Positions 1 through 11,410 of a DNA stretch of 64,000 nt are shown one piece after another. Under the pieces are notes generated by a model. It saw nothing but the letters and a program-made list of their open reading frames with translations, ran no database searches and was not told the origin of the DNA. Within the stretch, counting starts at the first letter, position 1. Every line of letters begins with the position of its first letter. The stretch lies in NCBI RefSeq assembly GCF_036971445.1, contig NC_091471.1, positions 194,618,001 to 194,682,000 on the forward strand, written 5' to 3'. Source of the stretch: Narcine bancroftii. Taxonomy: Eukaryota. A program made the translations under genes and the position numbers.

Positions 1-499
1 AGCTAGGTTACAAGTACAGCTTTAAAGCATGAGTTTAATGTACTGCTGTACAATCAGTATTGATTTAATTCCTGTGACTATTCTTAATAAATCTGAAGCA
101 TTGCGTGTTCTTTCAGTAATGGAGTCCATTAGTTTAGTCGAAGAGTTGAAGATATGGAAAGAGTACCATAGATTTCATAGTTTGTTTTTTTTGTAAACAA
201 TCTTTAATAATCACCATGGACTGTTGTTATTTTGCATGAAACTGAGAGTACCTTAATGCAATACAACACTACAAGGCCAAGATAGCCAACTGGAACAAAA
301 AGGATTAAAAGGCCATGTGAAAGCAGTAGATTGCAGGTTTGGGGAATGCAGTTCTACGCTACAGGACCTTGGTAGCTAAAGACATAGTTGTGGAGTTTGA
401 GGGCAGCAAGGAAGGAAGTTTTGTGAAAGTCTCTTACTGCTCCTGTTCTGTCATCCCTGCTGCTCAAGTTCTATGACCAAGTGATCACACAGCTCACCA

Positions 500-785
500 C
501 CTTTCTCTTCTATCTTCCCACGTCTTTCCACCTATTATCCCTTACATATTAGACATTGCACATCTGGTTTCTCTCTCTCTCTCTCCTCCAAGCCCCCCCC
601 TCCACCTTTTTATTCGGAAATCTGCCCGATTTTCGACACTCCTTGGGGGGGGGGAGAGAGGCTCAGACCTGAAACATAGACTGCCTTTTGCTTCCTCTGG
701 ATGCTGCATAACCTGCTGAGTTTTACCATCACATTTTTTGTGTATGCACTAGACCCCAGCATCTGCAGATTTTCTTGTTTGCCTC
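500..785 (+). mobile_element. Penelope-like element 3'/pLTR fragment
   Basis: Contains ggctcagacctgaaac...gatgctgcataacctgctgagtttt...ccagcatctgcaga, the same motif series found at the end of the GIY-YIG-bearing element at 61790-63015. Confidence 0.55.
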
Positions 786-2320
786 CAGGAGGCTTGTATA
801 TCTCTTAAGTTGAATGAAATTTGCATAGAGTGGAACTGTGAATGTCAAGAAAGAGGATTAAATAACCTGGTAAATAAGGCTGCCATTTTGTAACCTCATC
901 ATCATGAATGAGCAACTGGGAACTTGAGAATTCAAGTAGATAGAATGGCAGTAAAGTTGATGATCTTGGCTTATCAGCTTCTGATGGTGTAGAGAAATAG
1001 ATCATGTTCTCACTGATGCACAATGAAACACAACAGCTGACTGATACTGGGGGGGGGAGAAGGCTTTGTCATGCTGTTGAAAGGGCAGATTGGTTTTGTC
1101 AGTTGCAAAATGGAGGAATTTATGGGAAATTGATGCAAAGAAAATTAAATAATTTCTGCACCTGGTGAGTGCGTTAAGAAAAGGCCCACGGAGTGTAGTA
1201 TGTTCTACTAACGCAACTGCATATGGGTACATAAATGTTAACAGGTATATTCTTTTGAGTAAAAGATGGAAGTATCACCTGAAGCTCTGAAATATTGTTA
1301 ATGTGCATTGAAGGGCACTCGTGTCAGTAGCCCTTTTTGTACTGAGAAGCCGCATTATTGCTGTACACATGACCTGCCTCTGGAAGCCTGCTTGCTTATT
1401 CATGAGGCGTTTTTATGGTGTAACGCTGCCTTGAAGTTGGCTCAATGAAAAAAAAATATTGAACTTGGCTTTTTATGGAGAAGGCCTTCAAGGTGGACCA
1501 GCGTTGCTTTCAACTCGCCAGCATCTGGAACCATCTTCCAGTGCTGAAGGAGACAGGGCAAGTGATACGGAGCTCTGCCCATCACCGCGCCGAGAAGGGA
1601 AAGCAGCCTATATGTGAAATGGCAACCGAAGAGCAGGTAAGAGTGCTGGTGAAGATCTGTTCAAGCAGTCTTAGGACTCCGGCAGATCTGCACAATGTAA
1701 TTAGCAATGTAATCAGCATATGGGATTTTAAAAATCCTGCTCCTGGATTCCAGGCTGACAACGTCCGCCCACCGCTTTCAGCAGCATTGCTTTCGCAGAG
1801 GAGGTGGAGAAAGTTGCTCCACCTCTGACTCAGAGTCCGCTTCCTGAATCTGCCTTCAAAGCTGTCAACAAGGTAAATTAAGCAATGTAAAGACGAAGAA
1901 TATCCACCTTTACATTTGCTTTTCCCCCCACTATAAAATGGCCTACACAGAACAGAAAAAACAGGTCGGTGAGTCCTTTTACACAGCAAGCTAGCTTCTC
2001 AAAGCAAAGAGGTGGGACATGTAGTACAGCCCTGTTCCACCTCTGACACTACCTACCTTGGCAGATTAAAGCTGGACAAGTTCAGACCCACAATCTGCCT
2101 TCGATGCGTTCACACAGCTAGGTGAAGCACTTGAAAGGGGAATCATACCCAGCTTTAATCATCTGTGTAAAAGGGGTAAATGTTATTTTTCAAGTCTCAA
2201 GTTAAATTTATTGTCATCTGATTGCACAAGGACAAACTGACAAAAGAGCGTTCTCCAGACCTTGCTACAAAATATGCAGACGTACAATACAATACACATG
2301 GAGGACAAGTATTCATATAT

Positions 2321-3085
2321 CTCTCTCTCTTTGGCTTGGCTTCGCGGACGAAGATTTATGGAGGGGGTAAAAGTCCACGTCAGCTGCAGGCTCGTTTGTG
2401 GCTGACAAGTCTGATGCGGGACAGGCAGACACGGTTGCAGCGGCTGCAGGGGAAAATTGGTTGGTTGGGGTTGGGTGTTGGGTTTTTCCTCCTTTGCCTT
2501 TTGTCAGTGAGGTGGGCTCTGCGGTCTTCTTCAAAGGAGGTTGCTGCCCGCCAAACTGTGAGGCGCCAAGATGCACGGTTTGTGGCGATATCAGCCCACT
2601 GGCGGTGGTCAATGTGGCAGGCACCAAGAGATTTCTTTAGGCAGTCCTTGAACCTTTTCTTTGGTGCACCTCTGTCACGGTGGCCAGTGGAGAGCTCGCC
2701 ATATAACACGATCTTGGGAAGGCGATGGTCCTCCATTCTGGAGACGTGACCCACCCAGCGCAGCTGGATCTTCAACAGCGTAGACTTGATGCTGTCGACC
2801 TCTGCCATCTCGAGTACTTCGACGTTAGGGATGAAAGCGCTCCAATGGATGTTGAGGATGGAGCGGAGACAACGCTGGTGGAAGCGTTCTAGGAGCCGTA
2901 GGTGATGCCGGAAGAGGACCCTTGATTCGGAGCCGAACAGGAGTGTGGGTATGACAATGGCTCTGTATATGCTAATCTTTGTGAGGTTTTTCAGTTGGTT
3001 GTTTTTCCAGAATCTTTTGTGTAGTCTTCCAAAGGCACTATTTGCCTTGGCGAGTCTGTTGTCTATCTCGTTGTCGATCCTTGCA
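2321..3085 (-). mobile_element. RTE-clade LINE, 5'-truncated (about 765 bp)
   Basis: ORF 2380-3123 encodes an RTE C-terminus (ARIDNEIDNRLAKANSAFGRL, QLRWVGHVSRM, RLPKIVLYGEL, CxxC...H zinc finger), followed by a short 3' UTR and a (GA)n tail. Confidence 0.92.
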
Positions 3086-3092
3086 GCCGACG

Positions 3093-3374
3093 AGTGGGGC
3101 TGATATTGCCTCAAACCGTGCATCTTGGCGCCTCACAGTTCGGTGGGCAGCAACGTCCTTTGAAGAAGACCGCAGAGCCCACCTCACTGACAAAAGACAA
3201 AGGAGGAAAAACCCAACACCCAACCCTAACCAACCAATTTTCCCTTGCAACCGCTACAACCGTGTCTGCCTGTCCCGCATCGGACTTGTCAGCCACAAAC
3301 GAGCCTGCAGCTGACGTGGACATTACCCCTCCATAAATCTTCGTCCGCGAAGCCAAGCCAAAGAAAGAAAAGAA
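3093..3374 (+). mobile_element. RTE-clade LINE 3' end (about 280 bp), inverted relative to the previous copy
   Basis: Encodes ADIASNRASWRL...VCLSRIGLVSHKRACS*, then the 3' UTR and an aaagaaag tail. Confidence 0.92.
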
Positions 3375-3879
3375 ATATATATATATATATATGTGTGTGT
3401 GTGTCTATAGAGAGAGAGAGCAGTTCCTATGGTTATTCAGCATTCTCACTACCTGTGGGACGAAGCTGTTCCTCATCCTGGTGTTGCTGGCTGTGATACT
3501 CCTGTATCTCTTCCCTGATGGGAGCAGCTGAAAGATGCTGTGGGCAAGGTGGAGGGGTCCTCAATGATTTTGTGTGCCCTTTTCAGACAACAATCTGGTT
3601 GATCACTTAGATTGGATAGGGGGAGCTTAGCCAAGGTAATTGTTCAGATTGGCAGCAGTTGAATAAATGAGACGGCTGTTGGTGAGACCAATTTCAACAG
3701 GTAATGTCTGTTGGACCAACAACTTAACCAGTAAAATCCTACAGGAAGAAAAGGACCTGCCTTTATCTGATTTAATGAAAGTCAAAATTAAAGATAGTTA
3801 ATAAAATCACAAAAAAATGCTAGAGGAACTCAACATGTCGTGCAGTGTCCATAGGAGGTAAAGCTGTATCGCTAATGTC

Positions 3880-4300
3880 AGCAAGTCCACACAGAGGATC
3901 ATTAAAAGAGCTGAGAGGATGACTGGGATCTCCCTTCCCTCTGGTCAACATTTACTGAAAGTGCTGTCTAAAGTGGGCTCAAGGAATTATAAAGACCCCT
4001 TCCATTTAGCACCCAGCATCTTCAACCCACTACCATCAAAAAAGGTATAGGAGCATCAAAGTCAGGACTGCCAGGCTGGGGAATAGCTTCTTCTCACAGG
4101 CTAAGATGAACAGTATCCAGTAACTGACAATCATCCCCAAGATTTATGTATTTATTTTAATTATTTATGTGATATTGACATACTGCATATTGTTTTTGTG
4201 CATGCATCATGGTCTGGAGAGACACTGTTTCATCGAGTTGTGTGTGTGTGTATATATATATATATATGCATACACACAATCAGATTTGAACCTTGAACTT
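3880..4300 (+). mobile_element. Rex1-like LINE 3' end
   Basis: Degenerate end of the Rex1-type ORF (ggagcatcaaagtcaggactgccaggctggggaatagcttcttc), then a 3' UTR with (TG)n(TA)n. Confidence 0.55.
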
Positions 4301-4317
4301 ATTGTATATAATATGGA

Positions 4318-5122
4318 AATGGTGGCACTGCCAGATCCACTGTAACAGCAGCACTGATGCAGACCCATGGAGAGCAAGGAGCAGAGAAACAGCACTCCTG
4401 TGGAGTCCAACAGCCCATTAAAAAAGCCGATAGTAGCTTTATTTAAAATACTAGAACTGTGAGGTCTGTGCCCAAGATGGTGGCGCCTCTGATCAACAGC
4501 AGCAGTGAGGCTCCATGTAAGTGGAGGACTGGCACAGAGCACCAGAAAACAGGAAGATCGCCCTCCCCCCCCCCCCCCCCCCCATGTCTGAGAGGGAGAA
4601 GCAGAGGAGACAGCCCAAGGGACAGTGGCCATGGTGGCAGACCAGTGAGGGTGTTCTGTGGCTGAAAGACCCACGCATATGGTGAGCTGGTGACGACTTG
4701 AGGCGAGGAACCCACATGGGCTGCGGGCTTCTGGAGACTGCTGTCGGGGAATTCGCGCCGGGCTGTGGACTGCTGGAGATTGGCTCGAAACTGGCTGAAG
4801 GGGTACCAGGTATTGGAACTGGGACGTGAAGAGGATGCTGAAGGCAATGAAGGATTCCTGATTGTGTCGGAGGTTCAGATCTGGAGCTCAGGTTGCCAAT
4901 GGTTTGGACTGGAGTCTGTGTGGCTATGGAGGCTGCGGGTGCACTGGAGGCAAATCCTTGGACACTCAGTGACTCTGAGGTGACTCTGTTTTGCTCTCTT
5001 TCTCTGACTGTAAGAGGTGCTTCAGGCAATTTCTGCTGATAGTGAATCTGTCTGCCTTGCAGCAGGCAAAAGCAATTTTGTGTAATATTACACTTTCATT
5101 ACATGGCAATAAATTTAATCTT
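4318..5122 (+). mobile_element. Unclassified non-autonomous retroelement with GC-rich body and LINE-like tail
   Basis: Ends cattacatggcaataaa...aatcttg. Related tails occur at about 7713-7850 (-) and 39755-39870 (+). Confidence 0.45.
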
Positions 5123-5580
5123 GTCATCATCATTCAGATGCCTTGCCATTCCGCATGGTCAATCATGTCCCTCCATCCATCACAATCTTGGACTTTCCAA
5201 ATTGTAGTTGTTGCCTCCCCTGTTCTCCTTTGGTTAAGGCTCCGTCCTTGAGCTGAGTGCATAGTCAATGTTGAGTTTATGATTATTCTGGGAAAAAATA
5301 TTGAAGTGGTTTCCCGTTGCCGCCTTCAGTTTCAGTGTCCATACTGGACGGGTAACCCTGGCCATTGATCCACAGATTATTCTGCCCAGTGTTTTTTAGT
5401 TTTACAACCATAAATTCTGATTTGTAGAATCTACTTGTTTTTTTAAAAAAAAACATCCACCATCTGCAATCCATGGCTTCATGTGACCCTGATCAGGAGG
5501 CTAAACAGGTACTACACCATGCCCAAAGGAGACCTGCAAGCTATCGGACAGAAGGAGCGCCTTACACCTCCTTTTGCTGA
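5123..5580 (-). mobile_element. RTE-related non-autonomous element or SINE
   Basis: The minus strand carries GAAGGCGGCAACGGGAAACCACTTCAATATT, resembling the RTE/BovB 5'-UTR motif GGCAATGGCAAACCACTCCAGTATT, and ends in (GAT)n. Confidence 0.55.
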
Positions 5581-6078
5581 GCAATTGTTCAGCACTGATA
5601 CTATTTGAATCTTGTACTTAGATATATGAAGAGTTTAATTTCTAATTGCTCTCTTTTATTTTGAAAGATTATATTCCACCCCTTGTCATACGAGTCACAA
5701 CCAAATAGTTTTGTGATCTTGGGCAAAGATTTTAAATGTTGCTAAGTGTATCATTGCAATTCATTGATTGGAATTGCCATGTGGCCGGCAGCCCCATTTT
5801 TGTTTTTGCCATACGAGTTGCTGAATATGTGAGCTAATGAATGATGTCAAAATGCAGCGTGGTACCTGGATCTTGAGTCAACAGATAATTTCTTGGCCAG
5901 AGGGATTGGAGGATTGATAAATAGTGCAAAGATAGAGGAGAGTGAATTTAAAAATAATTAAAAATGTGAATTAAATCAATGAAAAATACAGGAAAGTAAA
6001 GGACTTTTTATTTTCCAAAAAAAAAGCTAAAGAAAGGTAAAACCTCGTTTTTTTAAGAAATAACATTCAAATCTTGGG

Positions 6079-6149
6079 GTTAAAAAAGAAAGTCTGCAGA
6101 TTCTATGGATTGTGGTTTAATACACAAAGTGCTGGAGAAACTCCGAATG
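6079..6149 (-). mobile_element. 71-bp Penelope-like tail with a 15-bp direct duplication
   Basis: cattcaaatcttggg at 6064-6078 and 6150-6164 flanks aagtctgcaga...cacaaagtgctggagaaactc. Confidence 0.65.
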
Positions 6150-7074
6150 CATTCAAATCTTGGGCTTTATTTCGCTAACTGAATTGAAGCTGCACTATTT
6201 AAATTATTTGCTTTGAAGCTCAGAAGTTGATTGCAGTCTATTAATAACAGACTATATTAAAAAGTTCCTTGCACTATTATGAGACTTGTGCTCCATGACA
6301 AGTTTAATGTGCAAGTTTAGCAACCTTGTGACACTGGAAGAATGCAGTCTTGTCTGCAGTTGGTGGCCAAGGGAAGCAAATTGTTTGGCTGCTTGGTGCC
6401 AGTTCATAAATCATTCAATTGGTCCTTGGTGAATTATTTTTGCATTAATGATGGCAACTATTCACCTATTTTTCCTTGCTATTTGCATGAAATTTTCAAA
6501 TTTCTACAGTGAAAAGCACTTTTTGTCAAAATAAAGATGTATTTGAGCAGTAATTCGCACTTAATAGCCAGCTGTGTTTGAGACTCTGATTTGCTTGCAA
6601 TGTCAGGTGAGAAATGAAGGGAAAGTATTTTTAGCGCACTGAAGGAAATATAGTAACCCAGTTTGTTAGACCTTAAGGCTCAGTTTGTCAGTTAATTAAT
6701 TCTTCAGCGAAGCTTCGCTTTCGGTTTATATTCTCTCAAATTAGTTTTGCACTTGTTCATAAGAATGTGCAATTGTATGATACAAGGGTTTGTAGAATAA
6801 TATATAAACCTAATATGGATTAACCTGTTTAATATAAGGGTGTCAAAGGTTATATGGAGGAGGAAGGAAAATGTGGTTGAGAAGAAAATTGTGTCAAAAG
6901 CAAACAAACTCAATGGGCTGAATGATTTAAATCTGAGCCTACATCTTATGGTACTAAGAGATGTGCCAAGGCATTTAATTTTTAAACTGAAATAGCAATG
7001 TGATGGACTTCTGGGAAATATTTAACCTGTTAATATTGGTGATTATCTCATTGAATTGTGTTGTGCTATTGGTG

Positions 7075-7387
7075 AGGTTTCAATCTTTGATTAGTAAGGG
7101 ATTGCTTAAGGTTGTATGTGGGTGGGAAGGGAAGGTTGAGAATCACTGTTCTAGACCGAATTGTTACTAAAATATTTTATTTGAGGAAAAATTGTCATTG
7201 GCCCATTTCCTTTTGGAGTTATGAAACAGTGCACATAACGAGTCAATGAAGTATGATTAAAACAGTGGTTTTCAAACTTTTTCTTTCCACCCACACACCA
7301 CCTTAAGCAATCTCTTACTAATCACAGAGCACCTATGGCATAGGGAATACTTAAGGTGGCATTGAGTGGAAAGAAAAAGAACCACTG
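7075..7387. mobile_element. hAT (Charlie/MER5-like) MITE: one unit at 7263-7387 plus a partial unit
   Basis: TIRs cagtggttttcaaac...gaaccactg with a palindromic body. Same family as 63027-63182. Confidence 0.6.
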
Positions 7388-7855
7388 ACCTAACTATAGC
7401 TTTGCAAATTCTGCTGTTAATTTGTGTTTCTCAAACTCTTAATGATTTGGATGATGGAAATTGTTGGCTTTGTGGCCACGTTTATGGGTAATGCAAAGCT
7501 TGATGGAGTGGTGCTTAGTGTTGAAGAAGTAGGGATTTTACAGAGGGACTTGGTCAGGTCAGGAAAGTGGGTAGAGAAGCGGCAGATGGGAAGTGTAGGG
7601 AAGTGTTTAGTAGAAGGAATAAAGAAGTAGACTTTTCTAAATGGGAAGAGAGTTCAGAAAGCAGAGGTCTAAAGGGATCCTGTTGACTTCACAATAAATT
7701 ACCTCTTTGCAGGTTCAAGATTCTTTTATTGTAATGTAATAAAACATAATATTACAAGTAATTTCCTTTAGTTAGTGTAAGGCAAAGCATTGCCATTAGT
7801 ATTGACTGGTGCCACTTCCAGTAAGAGAAAGAAGCAAAAGAGATTCCCATTAGAA

Positions 7856-10770
7856 CCACGGACTATGCGGATGAAGGCTCCCTGCGCCTCGGGTGGAAGG
7901 AGAAATGTTGTGGCTTGGGCCAGTGGGTGGACCTTGTCCGAGAAGCGAGGGACCCACTGCAAGTAAAAGGAGAATAAGCCCAGGCACCTGCGGAGGGCCT
8001 TTAACGTGGGTGGGTGAGGTAGCTCCATTAATGGGCGCATCCTTTCTGGATCTGGGCCGATGACCCCATAGGCCACGATGTACCCCAGGATGGCGAGGCT
8101 GGTGCACACACTTCTCCTCGTTGTAAGTGAGGTTCAGCTCCCCGGCCATCTGGAGGAATTTTTCAGGTTAGCATCATGGCCACAGATAGTGATATGTTAT
8201 CCAGATATGGGAACGTCACCTTTAGCTTGTGCGGGTCTACCGTGCGATCCATCACCCACTGGAAGACGGAGACTCTGTTCGTGACCCCAAAGGGAACTCA
8301 GCAGAACTGGTACAGGCACCTGTCCGCCTCTAGGGCGGCATAGAGCTTGTCCTTCGGGTGGATGGGAATTTTGTGATGTGCCATGGAGAAAACCCGGTAG
8401 CGGGCTATCTTGTTGACCGTGTCAGCTATCCTCGGCAGGGGGTAGGTGTCCAGTTGGCTGTACCGGTTAATGGTCTGGCTGTAATCTATGACCATCCTCG
8501 GCTTACTTCCCCCTTTGACCACCAGGACTTGGGCTCTCCAAGATATGTTACTGGACTCTGACAGCTTCTGCCAGGAGTCGCCACACCTCCACCTTGATGA
8601 AGTCTCTGTCTGCAGTGTAATAGCGCCTACTTCTGGCAGCGATCGGCTTGCAGCCTAGCGTAAGATGTGGGAAGAGCGCCGGTGGGGTGATGCGTAGTGT
8701 GGAGAGGCCGCAGGTTGGCCAGGGCTGGTAGGTTGGTGCACTGTGTAAGGTGAATGGAGGTTGGGGCCCCCCCAAAGGTAAGGGTGACACTCTGCAGGTG
8801 GCACTGGAAATCCAGGCCCAGGGAGACTGGGGCACAGAGTTTCGGCATGACCAGGAGCCTGAACTCTGTGTATGTCTCCCCTCCCACAGTTATATCGACT
8901 GAGCACCGCCCAAGGGTACCAACAGTCTTATCCTTGGCGGTGAGGGCGATCGAGCGAGTGGATTTTTAATCTCAGGCATGGTCTATGCTCGGGTGAATGA
9001 AGCTCTCGGTGCTGCCACTGTTGATCAGGCACTTTTTTACCTGCCTGTTAACTTGCACGTCCATCGTGGAGCGCCCGAGGTTGTGAGGGATATACCTGGT
9101 CAGAGTGGTGGCAGCCAGAACCATCTCAGGATCGGATTTGTTGCTCTTCAGCTGTGTGTGGCGGTTTACGGCATCTGGAGGTGTGGGGAGCGTCGGTAGG
9201 GTGGCCTGGTCATTGCCCACGTTGTCAACATCGGTCGTGGGGTGCGGCTTGCGGCAACCAATGACGTCCGGAGGCGTGGGGTGCATCAGTGGGGCAGCCT
9301 GGTCATCGCCCGCGTTGACCACATCGTCCCCATTGTCATAGGGGACCCTACGTATTGGCCGCTGCCTGGCCCAAGATGGCGGTGGCATATGGTGGCCTGC
9401 TGTGTGGCTGGCCTCCTTCCCCAGCTGTGTTCTTTGCGCCAGGGGAAGTGACGTCGTCAGGGCCGGCAGAAGTGACATCATTACGCCAGCCGGAAATGAC
9501 GTCATACTGTGCGCTGGAAGTGCTGTCGCTGTAGTTCTCGGTGAGGGCGGGGGCTGGTCCATGTGCTTGGGACGCATGCTGCAATCGTCACTGGCGGTGC
9601 CGGATGCTGCACCATTGGGGTAGGGGAAGGTGGAAGTCGTAGTGGGGACAATGGCGCTGCTCGGCACGCGCATGTGGAGGGGTCTGCGGGAAAGGTGGGG
9701 AGGTCATAGAGGGCCGCTGAGCTGCCAGCTGGTTTTGAGAGGCACACTTTAGCAAAGTGGCCTTTCTTGCCACATCGGGAACAGTACTGGTTCCTAGCTG
9801 AGCAGTTTTGGCGCAATCGTCGGTCTGACCCACACCAGGACCCACAGTACTTACAGGGGCTCCAGGCATCTGGCGCAGCAACGTTCTCCTCCCCAGCTCA
9901 GTCTGGGGCTGCAGTGTGAGAGGGCCATGAGGGAGCCTGGGGGAACCTCGAATTGAAGGTTTCGATGTGCGGGGCTGCAGCTTCCAGGGTTTGGACCACT
10001 TCCACTGTCTTGGTCAGAGCATGGATGCTATCTTCCAGCAGCTTCTGCCGGATGGCCCTCGAGCGAAAGCCTTGGACGAAGGCATCCCGGATCAGCCTCT
10101 CGACCACCTCTGCGCCTACTCCGGGTTCAGCTAGACACGGTCAGGCCAACTCTCGCAGGTGTTTCAGGTAAGATTCAGCCATCACCCTGGGTTGCTGGGC
10201 TCGGGTATTGAGGAGGTACCTTGCACAGACTGCATTCACGAAGGGAGTTGTACAAGTTCTCGAGAGTGTCCTTGTGCTCTTGTATGTGGAGCAGCCTTTG
10301 GTTGTCTGGAAGATGTGGGGACCCAGCTTTAACCAGTGAAGGACCTGCCTCTTCCAATCTGAGTCCAGGATGCCGCCTGCGTGCGCCTCGACAGCATGCT
10401 GCCAGATCTCGAAGTGTGTCTGGGCTTCCGTGTTGCGTGGGTCGACTTCATGGCTCCCTGCGCTCAGGAGTTTTTCCATGGCAGCTGTGGGAAAATTTTG
10501 TGGATTAATTTGTGGTGCACTGTTAGCCAGAATCAGACACACACAAGGTAAAGATTTCCATAAAGACTTCCACCGAGCCAGGCTGGATGTAGCTGCAGTA
10601 ACTCAGAGTGAGGCTTCGGGAGGCTGGCACAGGCTTATATCGCGGAGGGTGATTGACACGACCGGGTGGGGCTTGATCCCTTCAGGCCGACTGATTGACA
10701 GTAGGCCAGTTGTTGTCCTGTCCTGTCCCCTTACACTCCTGCAGGTACAGAGGTTGCCAGTGGTAAATCA
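7856..10770 (-). mobile_element. Decayed, 3'-truncated Gypsy/Ty3 provirus (LTR remnant, gag, protease, RT)
   Basis: Gag knuckle CSRCGKKGHFAKVC, protease-like CLINSGSTESFIH, RT pieces (RMVIDYSQTINRY...YPLPRI; KALRRCLGLFSFY) and an LTR-like segment at about 10511-10770. Many frameshifts; no integrase or 3' LTR. Confidence 0.88.
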
Positions 10771-10942
10771 AAAGTTCAAATTCCTATGATGGACAATGGA
10801 AAAGAAATTGGAGAAAAGGATTGACATTGACTGGGTCCCATTAGAGACTGATTATAGCTCCCTTGATTTTGTGAAAAATCAAAAATTGGTAACCAATACC
10901 TGTAGCAGTAAAATAACAACATTATCATGTCTAGGTTTAAAC

Positions 10943-11002
10943 TTTGCTCATTTTGTTTTGCCTTGTATTCTCTGCTCATTTTGTTTTGCCTTGTATTCTC
11001 TG
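10943..11002. repeat. Tandem duplication of about 29 bp
   Basis: tgctcattttgttttgccttgtattctc occurs twice in a row. Confidence 0.85.
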
Positions 11003-11297
11003 AATGGGTCTCATTTCTTTTAATAGACTTTTAAAATTAGTTTCTCCTTTAGCCCAACAATATTTTTCCTTCCGAAAGGTTTAGAGGAACAGCAATTGCT
11101 TTTATTTTCTCTTTCATGCAAATTATTTTTTCCATGTTTCTTTTATATTTTATAATGCTGGAGCATTGCAAGTAAACAACTGTTTAAAATGTATCTGTAT
11201 CATTAACTGCTTTGGGAAGGTATTATTTTTGTATTGCCAGTGTTGTGAGTAGCATTTTCCAGGATTTCTTATGAGTGATTCTAAAGGATAAAGTTTA

Positions 11298-11410
11298 ATA
11301 CACAAAAGTGCTGGAGAAACTCAGCAGGTTGTGTGGTATTCGTAGGAAGCAAAGATAGTAAACATTTTGGGTATGAGCCCTTCATCAAAGTATGAACAAA
11401 AAGCAGGCCA
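11298..11410 (-). mobile_element. Penelope-like pLTR fragment
   Basis: cacaaaagtgctggagaaactcagcagg...ttttgggtatgagcccttcatcaaag. Confidence 0.6.

Larger units (their letters stand above)
2189..3610 (-). mobile_element. Rex1-like LINE 3' end, interrupted by the RTE pair
   Basis: tttattgtcatc tail and gaagctgttcctcatcctggtg...ctcttccctgatgggagcag, shared with the Rex1-like RT copy at 18091-19286. Confidence 0.55.

Noticed and set aside
1475-1828. 117-aa ORF as the first exon of the host gene
   Set aside because: It has no MGNC-type gadkin N-terminus and no recognisable homology.
4207-5029. Overlapping 130-180 aa ORFs as a host gene
   Set aside because: They lie in a GC-rich repeat element, are low complexity and show no domain or splice support.
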